Below are positions 37,949 through 46,757 of a stretch of DNA of 54,032 bases, one piece after another (position 1 is the stretch's first letter; each line of letters begins with the position of its first letter). The stretch is taken from positions 1 to 54,032 of the forward strand of contig JAGLSE010000029.1 of the NCBI GenBank assembly GCA_023135905.1, given 5' to 3'. The position numbers and the translations under genes are program-made. Origin of the DNA: Candidatus Omnitrophota bacterium. Lineage in GTDB: Bacteria > Omnitrophota > Gorgyraeia > Duberdicusellales > 4484-171. The notes under the pieces were generated by a model that was given only the letters and a program-made list of their open reading frames with translations, had not been told where the DNA came from and did not search any database.

Positions 37949-38348
37949 GTGATAATGGAGAAAAAATATTTCGGTCATTTTGAAATTTGTTGAATGATTA
38001 AGCATATATTTAAAGAGTTACGGTATCATATTTCGTTTACTATTTTTGGAGCAATTTCTGGAGTTATTATGATGATTATTTTTTTGGGGATTATCTTATA
38101 AGGTTTCACATACTTTTTTTTATGTTTTGCTGTATGGATGCTATGTTGTGTTCGCGATATTATATTTACGCTTTTATTTGTTAAAGGAAAAAGTATTATT
38201 TTTAGAATATTTTTTATAGAATGCTCTTTTATGAAGAAGACTTTTGGCTATTTGTAAAATTTATTGTTAGTAAAGACGGCCAATTAAAACGCGGATGTTA
38301 TTAGGCAACAGCTTTATTGATGGTTGGATATGCGAAAGGAGAGAAAGA

Positions 38349-38690
38349 GTGTCTATTGAAAGAAACTTTATTTGTTTTGGGATGTTATTATTTGTTTTAG
38401 GATGTGCTGAAATGAGGGATTATACAGGAATTAGAAATGGATCCTTTGGATTAGATATTCAGCGAGGGTTTGATGAGGGTGGAGTAAAAAAGGATTATTG
38501 TTTGCTCAAAGAAGGCGTAGATTTAGTAGCAAGAGATACTAAAGATGAAGTGGTTTCTAAGTTAGGTTTTCCAGATAAGATAGGAAATACTTTAGATGGT
38601 TGTGAAAAGTGGGTGTATAAGGGGGATAAAATTAGTTTATTTTTTAAAGAACACCGTTTAACGAGTTGGGAGTTTTTTAAGGAAGAATAG
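38349..38690 (+). CDS. Small lipoprotein, function unknown
   Basis: GTG at 38349 lies 7 nt after AAGGAG (38336-38341). Lipobox LFVLGC follows a short basic/hydrophobic signal. The track ORF (38295) starts further upstream without an SD. Confidence 0.6.
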   Translation: MSIERNFICFGMLLFVLGCAEMRDYTGIRNGSFGLDIQRGFDEGGVKKDYCLLKEGVDLVARDTKDEVVSKLGFPDKIGNTLDGCEKWVYKGDKISLFFKEHRLTSWEFFKEE

Positions 38691-38928
38691 AGGCAGCTAA
38701 TTGTTTGGTAGTGGCTTGTACTGTTTGTTTTGGATTTATTTTAATATTGATTAGATATATTAATTGGTAGATAAGAAAGCCAAAAAGGAAAAATTGAAAT
38801 GATTAGATTAAACATTTAACAATCCTCACTAGTTGATTTTACTTTACAAATAAATAATAAATTAAATATGATAAGATAATTAGACAATATTTCTTATAAA
38901 TTGTTTGTCCGTAAATAATAATAAATCC

Positions 38929-39915
38929 ATGATTGAAGAAATATTTGAAAAGACTTTAATAGATCTTGAATTGCTTAAAAAGAAAGATAGACTTATTTTA
39001 GGTGTTTCTGGGGGGCCGGATTCTATTAGTATGCTCTATTTGTTTTGCGCGTTAAGAAAAAAGTATAAGTTAAATATAGTTTGTGCTCATTTTAATCATA
39101 GTTTAAGAAAAGAATCTGATGAAGAGGAAACTTTTCTTAAACAGCTGTGCGACGAATTAAATATTAAAATGATCAGCGACAAAAAAGATGTTAACCTGTT
39201 GTTTAAGGGAGATTCTTTAGAACAAACCGCAAGAAACTTAAGGTTGGATTTCTTTTTTAAATGTTCCCGGGAAACTAAAATTAAAAAAATAGCCTTAGCT
39301 CATCATAAAGATGATTTAGCTGAAACAGTATTGATGAGGTTGATAAGGGGGGCTGGGTTGCGAGGGTTGCGAGGGTTTTTGCCGAAAACAAAATTTAAAA
39401 GTTTAACAATTATAAGGCCTATGGTGAACTTATCCAAACAAAAAATTGTTGATTGGCTGGATACTAATGGAATACATTATAAAATAGATAAAACTAATTT
39501 TGAGGATAAATTTTTTAGAAATCGTGTAAGATTGAAATTAATGCCGTTACTTAAAGATATGAATGCGAATATCATAGATAACTTAAACAATTTAGCTTAT
39601 AATATTTCGTTAGATTATGATTTTATTTATAATTTTTCTTATGAAAAGTTTATTTCTTTAAAGAAAAAAGAGATAAGAAATGCGATATATTTAGATTTAG
39701 ATAAGCTTAAAGAATTATCGGTTTCAATATTTTCTAATGTTATCAGAATAGCGATTGAAGAATTAAAGGGTGATACTCGTAGAGTAGAGGCTAAACATAT
39801 GGATGAGATAAGAGATTTGGTTTTTAATCGGCCTTATGGGAGTGTGGTTGATTTACCTTGTATGTCTGCTAAAAAAGAAAAGAAGACTTTAATTATTCAA
39901 TCCTTGATTTTATAA
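38929..39915 (+). CDS. tilS: tRNA(Ile)-lysidine synthetase
   Basis: PP-loop GVSGGPDS and HHKDDLAET..MRLIRG; synteny with ftsH. ATG at 38929 is preferred over the TTG at 38905. Confidence 0.9.
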   Translation: MIEEIFEKTLIDLELLKKKDRLILGVSGGPDSISMLYLFCALRKKYKLNIVCAHFNHSLRKESDEEETFLKQLCDELNIKMISDKKDVNLLFKGDSLEQTARNLRLDFFFKCSRETKIKKIALAHHKDDLAETVLMRLIRGAGLRGLRGFLPKTKFKSLTIIRPMVNLSKQKIVDWLDTNGIHYKIDKTNFEDKFFRNRVRLKLMPLLKDMNANIIDNLNNLAYNISLDYDFIYNFSYEKFISLKKKEIRNAIYLDLDKLKELSVSIFSNVIRIAIEELKGDTRRVEAKHMDEIRDLVFNRPYGSVVDLPCMSAKKEKKTLIIQSLIL

Positions 39916-39939
39916 AACAACAAAGTATAATACCTAATT

Positions 39940-41787
39940 ATGGAAGAAAATAAAAAGCCTGAAAATCAAAGTTATTTGCGTAAACTTTTTATTAGTATTA
40001 CTATCTTTTTTGGTGTAGTTTGGGTTTTAAGTTTTTTTAATGCGGGGATAGGGGAACCTAATAAATTTACCTATAATAAGTTTTATGAAGCTTTAGAGAA
40101 TAATTTACAGAATCCTACCATACAATCAATTAAATTAAGTGAAAATTTTGTACAAGGCATAAGAACTGAACAATCTGGTGGCGGGAGTTTTAGTTTATAT
40201 ATTCCTAAAGAGGATAGAAGTGTTTTGACCTTGATGAGGAGTAATGTGCAGGAATTCCAAGTTGAACCGCCTAGAATATTGGGTAATTTTATTATTTCGT
40301 TGCTGCCAATGCTTCTTTTTATATTGTTTATTTGGTATTTTTCTACAAAAGGAAGTCAAATGGGCTCGAAAGTGTTAGGGTTTGGCAAATCCAGAGCTGT
40401 AATTATGGATAAAGAAAAACGGACGAAAATAACTTTCGCTAATGTTGCGGGAATAGATGAGGCAAAAGAAGAATTGCAGGAAGTGATAGAATTTTTAAGA
40501 GATCCTAAAAAATTTCAGAGATTAGGAGGAAGATTCCCAAAAGGAGTGTTGTTGGTAGGTCCTCCGGGTTGCGGTAAGACTCTTTTAGCTAAAGCTGTGG
40601 CCGGTGAAGCTGATGTGCCGTTTTTTAGTATAAGCGGTTCAGATTTTGTAGAAATGTTTGTTGGGGTGGGAGCATCTAGAGTAAGGGATTTATTTGAACA
40701 AGCAAAAAAAGCTGCGAAAACTGAGAATAAAGGTTGTATCATTTTCATTGATGAAATAGATGCGGTTGGTAGACAGCGGTTTGCCGGTGTAGGCGGCGGT
40801 CATGATGAAAGAGAGCAAACTTTGAATCAACTGCTTACTGAGATGGATGGATTCCAAACTGAAGTGGGTATAACTGTTGTAGCCGCTACTAACAGGCCGG
40901 ATGTTTTGGATCCGGCATTGTTAAGGCCCGGCAGATTTGATCGGCATATAGTTATTTATTCTCCTGATATTAAAGGAAGGGAAGAAATTCTTAAAGTTCA
41001 TACCAAGAAGATAAAGTTATCTAAAAATATAAATCTGGATGCAATTGCGAAAAAAACGCCGGGATTTTCAGGTGCTGACTTAGAGAATTTATGTAATGAG
41101 GCAGCTCTTTTAGCAGCAAGATATGATAAGGAATCAGTTGAACAAGAACAATTAGATGAATCTATTGAACGGGTTATGATGGGGCCGGAGAAAAAAAGTA
41201 GAATTATTTCTAAACATGAAAAAGAATTAACAGCTTATCATGAGGCTGGGCACGCTATATTATCTTTGTTAATACCAGAAGTAGATCCTATGACGAAAGT
41301 TTCTATTATACCTAGAGGTATGGCCGGAGGTTATACCTTTATGCCTCCGACAGAAGATAAGCGCTACAAGACTAAGGTAGAGTTGTTAGGAGAAATAGTT
41401 GTAGCTTTAGGAGGACGGGCTTCGGAAGAAGTAAATTTAGGTGACGTTACTACCGGGTCTATGGGTGATTTATCAGTGGTTTCTAAGATTGCAAGACAAA
41501 TGGTTTGTGATTATGGAATGAGTGATCGTTTGGGAAGTTATACTTTAGGGCAAAGCCATGGCCCGATATTTTTAGGCAGAGACATGGTAAAAGAGAAAGA
41601 TTATAGCGAAGAAACAGCCAAGATTATTGATCAAGAAGTTAAAAAAATTATAGATGAATGTTATTCTCGTTCTATGGATCTGATACAGAAAAATAAAGAT
41701 AAAATAATTGTATTAGCAAAGGTTTTATGTGAAAAAGAAGTCTTAAATGCTGAAGAAGTTAAGGAATTAATTGGATTTAAAGAATAG
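39940..41787 (+). CDS. ftsH: ATP-dependent zinc metalloprotease FtsH
   Basis: Two N-terminal TM helices, AAA+ Walker A GPPGCGKT, Walker [12 protein letters not shown] region [18 protein letters not shown] and Zn motif HEAGH. Confidence 0.96.
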   Translation: MEENKKPENQSYLRKLFISITIFFGVVWVLSFFNAGIGEPNKFTYNKFYEALENNLQNPTIQSIKLSENFVQGIRTEQSGGGSFSLYIPKEDRSVLTLMRSNVQEFQVEPPRILGNFIISLLPMLLFILFIWYFSTKGSQMGSKVLGFGKSRAVIMDKEKRTKITFANVAGIDEAKEELQEVIEFLRDPKKFQRLGGRFPKGVLLVGPPGCGKTLLAKAVAGEADVPFFSISGSDFVEMFVGVGASRVRDLFEQAKKAAKTENKGCIIFIDEIDAVGRQRFAGVGGGHDEREQTLNQLLTEMDGFQTEVGITVVAATNRPDVLDPALLRPGRFDRHIVIYSPDIKGREEILKVHTKKIKLSKNINLDAIAKKTPGFSGADLENLCNEAALLAARYDKESVEQEQLDESIERVMMGPEKKSRIISKHEKELTAYHEAGHAILSLLIPEVDPMTKVSIIPRGMAGGYTFMPPTEDKRYKTKVELLGEIVVALGGRASEEVNLGDVTTGSMGDLSVVSKIARQMVCDYGMSDRLGSYTLGQSHGPIFLGRDMVKEKDYSEETAKIIDQEVKKIIDECYSRSMDLIQKNKDKIIVLAKVLCEKEVLNAEEVKELIGFKE

Positions 41788-41863
41788 TTATATAATATTG
41801 TAGATTCAAAATTTTCCCAATTATGGTGAGGTGGATAAAATTTTGAAAGGAGTTTATGCCTAA

Positions 41864-43081
41864 GTGAGAATAACTCCAATAAAAGTAAAAAATTTAGAAG
41901 AAACCTCAAAATTGATGACAGCTATAGGGGTAAGCGCGGAAGGAATTAAGATACTTTCGCTAAAAAGTATATATTGTGCTTTTAAAATAGAAAACATCAA
42001 ATCTTGGGAAGCGAATATATTAAAACAGTATCTTCTTTCTTTAGGTAGTGATGCAGCTATTGAAAGAAACGCTTTAGTGAAAGATATCGAAACAACAGCT
42101 TTTATTTTTGGCAGCTTAAAACAATTGAAAAACCTCTGCGGTAAGTTAAGAAACCAACCGTTCAGACTTCAAGAAATTTCACAAATAATTACATCTTATT
42201 TGGATAATTTATATATAAAAGACTTTAAGTTTTATGCAAGAGGTAAATTATTAAAAATAAAAGATCCTATTATTTGCGGTATAATAAACGTTACATATGA
42301 TTCATTTTCCGGGGATGGTTTAATTCAAAAAGGTCAAAATACTGGTGATAAGGTCAAATATTTAGCGTTAAAAAAATGTGAGAATATGATAAAGCAGGGA
42401 GTTAAAATAATTGATTTAGGTGGAGAATCATCTAGACCTTTTTCTACTCCTATTGAAGGTGTAGAAGAGGCAAAAAATGTAATACCAATCTTGAAGGCGA
42501 TAAGGAATGAGTTTAAGAAAGTATTTATTTCAATTGATACCTATAAATATTTAGTGGCTAAAAAAGCTGTAGATGAAGGAGTAGATATTATTAATGATAT
42601 AACAGCTTTTAGAGGGGATAAAAGAATGCTGAATCTTGTAAAAAAAAATGATTTAGGCTGTGTACTTATGCATATGAAAGGAATCCCCCAGACAATGCAG
42701 GAAAAAGTAACTTATAAAGATACAGTAACTGAAATAATAGATTTTTTTAATGAAAGATTGAATTTTTGTTTTAAAAAAGGAATCAAAAAAGAACATGTTT
42801 TGATTGATCCGGGGATAGGGTTTGGAAAACGACAAGAAGATAATCTTAGGATTATGAAAGAACTTTATAAATTAAAGATTTTTGGGTTACCTATTTTTTT
42901 AGGGTTATCACGCAAATCTTTTATTGGTAATATCCTCAATAATAAAGTAGAAGATAGACTTATAGGGACAATGGCAGCAAATGTTATATCTTTAATCAAA
43001 GGTGCTAATATTTTAAGGGTTCATGATGTGAAAGAAACAATGCAGGTTATAAAGATTTCATCAGCAATAATGAATAACTAA
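41864..43081 (+). CDS. folP: Dihydropteroate synthase with a ~130-aa N-terminal extension
   Basis: The core begins at ICGIINVTYDSFSGDG and includes IIDLGGESSRP, DTYK, INDI and RVHDV motifs. GTG start. The N-terminal 130 aa have no assigned domain. Confidence 0.85.
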   Translation: MRITPIKVKNLEETSKLMTAIGVSAEGIKILSLKSIYCAFKIENIKSWEANILKQYLLSLGSDAAIERNALVKDIETTAFIFGSLKQLKNLCGKLRNQPFRLQEISQIITSYLDNLYIKDFKFYARGKLLKIKDPIICGIINVTYDSFSGDGLIQKGQNTGDKVKYLALKKCENMIKQGVKIIDLGGESSRPFSTPIEGVEEAKNVIPILKAIRNEFKKVFISIDTYKYLVAKKAVDEGVDIINDITAFRGDKRMLNLVKKNDLGCVLMHMKGIPQTMQEKVTYKDTVTEIIDFFNERLNFCFKKGIKKEHVLIDPGIGFGKRQEDNLRIMKELYKLKIFGLPIFLGLSRKSFIGNILNNKVEDRLIGTMAANVISLIKGANILRVHDVKETMQVIKISSAIMNN

Positions 43082-43839
43082 TGGATTTAAAAATTTTTTC
43101 AAATTGGAAAGCTATTTTAGAAGTTTTAATTCTTTGGGCTGCAGTTTATAGAATATTTCTTTTTTTAAAAGGTACTAAAGCAGTTTATTTGTTGAGAGGC
43201 ATATTTATTCTTGTTGTTTCTCTTTTTGTCTTTCAAATATTAGGATTGCCTGTTCTTACTAAACTTTTGACATATATTTTTACGGCTTTTATTATTCTTG
43301 TAGTGGTTATTTTTCAACCCGAATTAAGGGAAGGCTTGATGCATTTGGGGAAAAGGCACGTTTTTTATATAGAGCCTAAGAGGGAAGAAATTGAAAAAAC
43401 TTTAAGAGATATTGTTTCTGCTGGAGGCATATTATCGCGAAAAAAAATTGGGGCATTGATTGCTATAACTAGAGAAATAGGGTTAAAAAAATATATTGAA
43501 AGTGGAGTAGTCTTAAATGCTGATCTTAGTTCGGAATTGTTACAAAATATTTTTTATCCTTCAGCTCCATTACATGATGGAGGGGTAATAGTTGTAGGTA
43601 CTAAGGTTGTAGCCGCCAGTTGCCTTTTTCCTCTTAGTGATAATTTTAATTTTGAAAAAACATTAGGAATGCGCCATAGAGCTGGTGTTGGAGTATCGGA
43701 AAATTCGGATGCTATAGTAGTTATAGTTTCGGAAGAAACTGGTTCAATATCTTTAGCGATAAACGGACAGCTTACCAGAAATTTAACACCTAATGATTTG
43801 CTTACGATTTTAAAAGGACAATTGTCTAAGACCCGTTAG
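43081..43839 (+). CDS. cdaA: Diadenylate cyclase CdaA (c-di-AMP synthase)
   Basis: Three N-terminal TM helices and a DAC domain with PLHDGGVIV and GMRHRAGVGVSE (DGA and RHR motifs). TAATG overlap with folP. Confidence 0.92.
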   Translation: MDLKIFSNWKAILEVLILWAAVYRIFLFLKGTKAVYLLRGIFILVVSLFVFQILGLPVLTKLLTYIFTAFIILVVVIFQPELREGLMHLGKRHVFYIEPKREEIEKTLRDIVSAGGILSRKKIGALIAITREIGLKKYIESGVVLNADLSSELLQNIFYPSAPLHDGGVIVVGTKVVAASCLFPLSDNFNFEKTLGMRHRAGVGVSENSDAIVVIVSEETGSISLAINGQLTRNLTPNDLLTILKGQLSKTR

Positions 43840-43888
43840 TAAGAAATAGTAATAATATTTCAGTTAATTGTTTTTCAAAGGAGAAAAG

Positions 43889-44023
43889 ATGGAGTTCTTA
43901 AAAAACATTAGTCTAAAAAAAGCTATTACTTATAATTTTTGGTTAAAAGTAGGCTCATTAATTATTGCAATTCTTATTAGGGCTTATGTCTATGAAGGAA
44001 TTACTAAAGGCGTGAAAATATAG
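43889..44023 (+). pseudogene. cdaR: Truncated CdaR/YbbR-like regulator remnant (44 codons)
   Basis: AAAGGAG SD. MEFLKNISLKKAITYNFWLKVGSLIIAILIRAYVYEGITKGVKI* matches only the N-terminal anchor (N..LK..SL..A..L..YV) of YbbR-domain proteins, which normally follow cdaA. It stops 12 nt before repeat copy 5. No YbbR domains follow. Confidence 0.6.
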
Positions 44024-44035
44024 TAATTTATGTTT

Positions 44036-44204
44036 TTTAATCAATGAGACTTAGATTTTTCGGAGAAAAATCTGTAGTCGAATAGATCTTGAGCGAGTAA
44101 AACGAGTCGAAGGATCTCGGGTTTAATTCCCCGCAGTTTACTGCGGAAAAGTTATTTAGGAGAAACCTTCAATACCCCCGTAGTTTGTTGCAGGGTAGTT
44201 GATT
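44036..44204 (+). repeat. Dispersed structured element, copy 5 (near-consensus)
   Basis: TTTAATCAATGAGACTTAGATTTTTCGGAGAAAAATCTGTAGTCGAATAGATCTTGAGCGAGTAAAACGAGTCGAAGGATCTCGGGTTTAATTCCCCGCAGTTTACTGCGGAAAAGTTATTTAGGAGAAACCTTCAATACCCCCGTAGTTTGTTGCAGGGTAGTTGATT. Confidence 0.9.
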
Positions 44205-44257
44205 TTGAAAAATAGAATTTAAGATATTAGTTGTATTATAGCGAAGAGGTTTATAAA

Positions 44258-44971
44258 ATGAAGTTAGGTGTTAACGTTGATCACGTTTCTACATTAAGAG
44301 AAGCTCGGGGCACTTTGTATCCAGATCCTGTAGAAGGAGCTTTATTGGCAGAGTCTGCTGGTTGTGATTCTATAGTAGCTCATTTAAGAGAAGATAGACG
44401 GCATATAAAAGAGAGAGACATTATCGGCATTAAAGAAGCTATAAAGATACCTTTAAATTTAGAAATGTCTGTTAATAAGAATATTGTTTCTTTTGCTCAG
44501 GAAATATGTCCGTATCAATCTACATTTGTTCCCGAGAGGAGACAAGAACTAACTACCGAAGGAGGGATTGATTTAGTAAAAAATTATAAAAAAGTTTACG
44601 ATGTTATAAAGAAATTAAAAAAATCCGGGATTAGAGTTAGCTTGTTTATAGATCCTTTAATAGTACAAATTAAAGCAGCCAAGGACTTGGGTGCGGATAT
44701 TATTGAAATTAATACTGGTAGATTTTCTGAAACAAAAACAGTACGATCTTCTGAAGTAGAAATTAGAAAGATAACGAAAGCTGCTATATTTTCTAAAAAA
44801 CAAGGGTTTTTTGTATCTGCTGGACATGGTTTAGATTATGAGAATGTAAAAGAAATATCTAAAATTGAAGAAATAGAGGAACTTAATATTGGTCATTCGA
44901 TAATGAGTAGATCAGTTTTTGTAGGGATAGTTTCTGCCGTTCGCGAAATGTTTTTTTTGATTGGTAAATGA
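44258..44971 (+). CDS. pdxJ: Pyridoxine 5'-phosphate synthase
   Basis: MKLGVNVDHVSTLREARG, HLREDRRHI, and pdxJ-acpS synteny. ATG at 44258 is preferred over the TTG at 44231. Confidence 0.93.
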   Translation: MKLGVNVDHVSTLREARGTLYPDPVEGALLAESAGCDSIVAHLREDRRHIKERDIIGIKEAIKIPLNLEMSVNKNIVSFAQEICPYQSTFVPERRQELTTEGGIDLVKNYKKVYDVIKKLKKSGIRVSLFIDPLIVQIKAAKDLGADIIEINTGRFSETKTVRSSEVEIRKITKAAIFSKKQGFFVSAGHGLDYENVKEISKIEEIEELNIGHSIMSRSVFVGIVSAVREMFFLIGK

Positions 44972-45027
44972 AAACTTTTAATAAATAATAAACATTAAAA
45001 TTGTATTTATTAAGGGAGAAATGGATT

Positions 45028-45381
45028 ATGGTATTAGGGGTAGGAATTGATATAGTAAAAGTAGATAAAATTAAGGTTTCATTGGAAAAATGGAAAGATT
45101 CTTTTTTGGAACGCGTATTTAATCCGGAAGAATTAGAAAATATTTCTAAAAATAAGTTATATTATCAACGCATAGCTGCTCGTTTTGCTGCTAAAGAAGC
45201 GATTATAAAAGCATTATCGAAAAGTGGTCCTTTGGCGTTAAAAGATATGTTGATATTAAACAAGGAAAATGGGGCTCCATTTTGTAAATTTAAAAATAAT
45301 ATTGGTGTAGATATTTTTTTATCAATAACCCATATTGAAGATTATGCAGTTGCCTGTGCAGTGGCTCAAAAGAAGATGTGA
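45028..45381 (+). CDS. acpS: Holo-[acyl-carrier-protein] synthase
   Basis: GVGIDIV..., RFAAKEAIIKA and SITH motifs. ATG at 45028 follows AAGGGAG. Confidence 0.9.
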   Translation: MVLGVGIDIVKVDKIKVSLEKWKDSFLERVFNPEELENISKNKLYYQRIAARFAAKEAIIKALSKSGPLALKDMLILNKENGAPFCKFKNNIGVDIFLSITHIEDYAVACAVAQKKM

Positions 45382-46216
45382 TACTCATAAAGGCGACTAT
45401 GGGCATGCTTTTGTTCTAGGCGGGTCAGTAGGTCTTACTGGATCAATTTGCCTATGCGCAAAAGCTGTTTTAAAAATTGGGGCTGGTTTGGTTACTGTAG
45501 GGATTCCTGCATCATTGAATCCTATTTTTGAAATTAAACTTACCGAAGAGATGAGTTTACCTTTAGTTGAAGAACAAGGTTATTTATCTTATGGTGCTTT
45601 GAAAGAAATAAGAAAAAAAATAAACAAATTTGATGTAGTAATATTAGGTCCAGGAGCCTCTATTAGACCTTCTGCTATAAAGTTGATGGTTTCAATAATA
45701 AAATCCATTGATAAACCTTTAATAGTTGATGCGGATGCAATAACAGCCTTATCAACTAATTTAAATATTTTAAATAGCAGAAAAACTAATAAATTGATAT
45801 TGACTCCACATTTAGGTGAGTTTTCTCGTTTAATTAAATTAGACATTGGTGAAATAAAGAAAAAGAGAAAAAAACTTGTCAAAGACTTTGCTCTCAGATA
45901 TAATCTTATACTTGTGCTTAAAGGGCATACTACATTAGTTAGCGATGGAAAGGAGATATTTGAGAATAATACTGGAAACCCGGGAATGGCTACAGCGGGG
46001 ATGGGCGATATACTTGCAGGTATAATTACCGGTTTAGTCGTCCAGGGTCTTGATTGTTTTGAGGCTGCAAAAATAGGTGTTCATCTTCATGGATTATCAG
46101 CAGACTATGCAGTTAAAGATAAAACTGAGACTTGTCTTATTGCTTCCGATGTATTACAATATTTGCCGGAAGGTTTAAAATCTTTTCAAAAGGAGTTTGA
46201 TAATTTGCCGGCGTAG
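45335..46216 (+). CDS. nnrD: ADP-dependent NAD(P)H-hydrate dehydratase (YjeF C-terminal / carbohydrate-kinase domain only)
   Basis: THKGDYGHAFVLGGSVGLTGS, VDADA, TPHLGEF and GNPGMATAGMGDILAG motifs. The start is uncertain (TTG 45335 or ATG 45344; overlaps acpS). The last 10 nt, including the stop, lie inside tRNA-Thr. Confidence 0.85.
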   Translation: MKIMQLPVQWLKRRCDTHKGDYGHAFVLGGSVGLTGSICLCAKAVLKIGAGLVTVGIPASLNPIFEIKLTEEMSLPLVEEQGYLSYGALKEIRKKINKFDVVILGPGASIRPSAIKLMVSIIKSIDKPLIVDADAITALSTNLNILNSRKTNKLILTPHLGEFSRLIKLDIGEIKKKRKKLVKDFALRYNLILVLKGHTTLVSDGKEIFENNTGNPGMATAGMGDILAGIITGLVVQGLDCFEAAKIGVHLHGLSADYAVKDKTETCLIASDVLQYLPEGLKSFQKEFDNLPA

Positions 46217-46282
46217 CTCAATTGGTAGAGCATCTCACTTGTAATGAGAATGTTGGGGGTTCAAGTCCTCTCGCCGGCTCCA
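46207..46282 (+). tRNA. tRNA-Thr (anticodon TGT), CCA encoded
   Basis: Hand-folded: acceptor GCCGGCG/CGCCGGC, D arm GCTC-AATTGGTA-GAGC, anticodon arm TCTCA-CTTGTAA-TGAGA, T arm GGGGG-TTCAAGT-CCTCT, then T-CCA. Confidence 0.92.
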
Positions 46283-46329
46283 TAAAGATAGAGATTAAAC
46301 AGTTCTTATGATAAAATGGAAATAATTAA

Positions 46330-46415
46330 GGACAGGTTCCCGAGTGGTCAAAGGGGACAGACTGTAAATCTGTTGCGCTTGCGCTTCGGAGGTTCAAATC
46401 CTCCCCTGTCCACCA
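46330..46415 (+). tRNA. tRNA-Tyr (anticodon GTA), long variable arm, CCA encoded
   Basis: Acceptor GGACAGG/CCTGTCC, anticodon arm ACAGA-CTGTAAA-TCTGT, long variable arm (TGCGCTTGCGCTTCGGA region), T loop TTCAAAT, then A-CCA. Confidence 0.92.
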
Positions 46416-46509
46416 TAAATGTCTAAAACACTATTATTTTAGAAAAAGAAACCAGAATAAAACAGTATCATATTTGAGATTTAGAAAAACATAAGTAAAT
46501 ATCATTTCA

Positions 46510-46583
46510 GCGGGTGTAGTTCAATGGTAGAACACTAGCCTTCCAAGCTGGATATGGCGGTTCGATCCCGCTCGCCCGCTCCA
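46510..46583 (+). tRNA. tRNA-Gly (anticodon TCC), CCA encoded
   Basis: Acceptor GCGGGTG/CGCCCGC (one G-T pair), D arm GTTC-AATGGTA-GAAC, anticodon arm CTAGC-CTTCCAA-GCTGG, T arm GGCGG-TTCGATC-CCGCT, then T-CCA. Confidence 0.92.
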
Positions 46584-46757
46584 TAAAAAAATATTTTTTG
46601 GTTATAAAACTTTATATATATATTATCTTGAATTAAGAGTAACTAAAAAATTTTGAAAAACATATCTTCTATCGTAAAAATTGAAATAAAATATTATTAA
46701 TTAAAATAAAGTTGTAAAGGCAGTACTTACTTTTTATTTTTTGGGAGATAAATAATT

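Noticed and set aside
38830-38838. Solo TAGTTGATT 9-mer (also at 4614-4622, and a TTGATTAAAG word near 2672-2690) matching the element 3' terminus.
   Set aside because: Short AT-rich words are expected by chance a few times in 54 kb of ~30% GC DNA. Apart from the 4.6-kb locus, which is reported separately, no adjacent element-like sequence is present.
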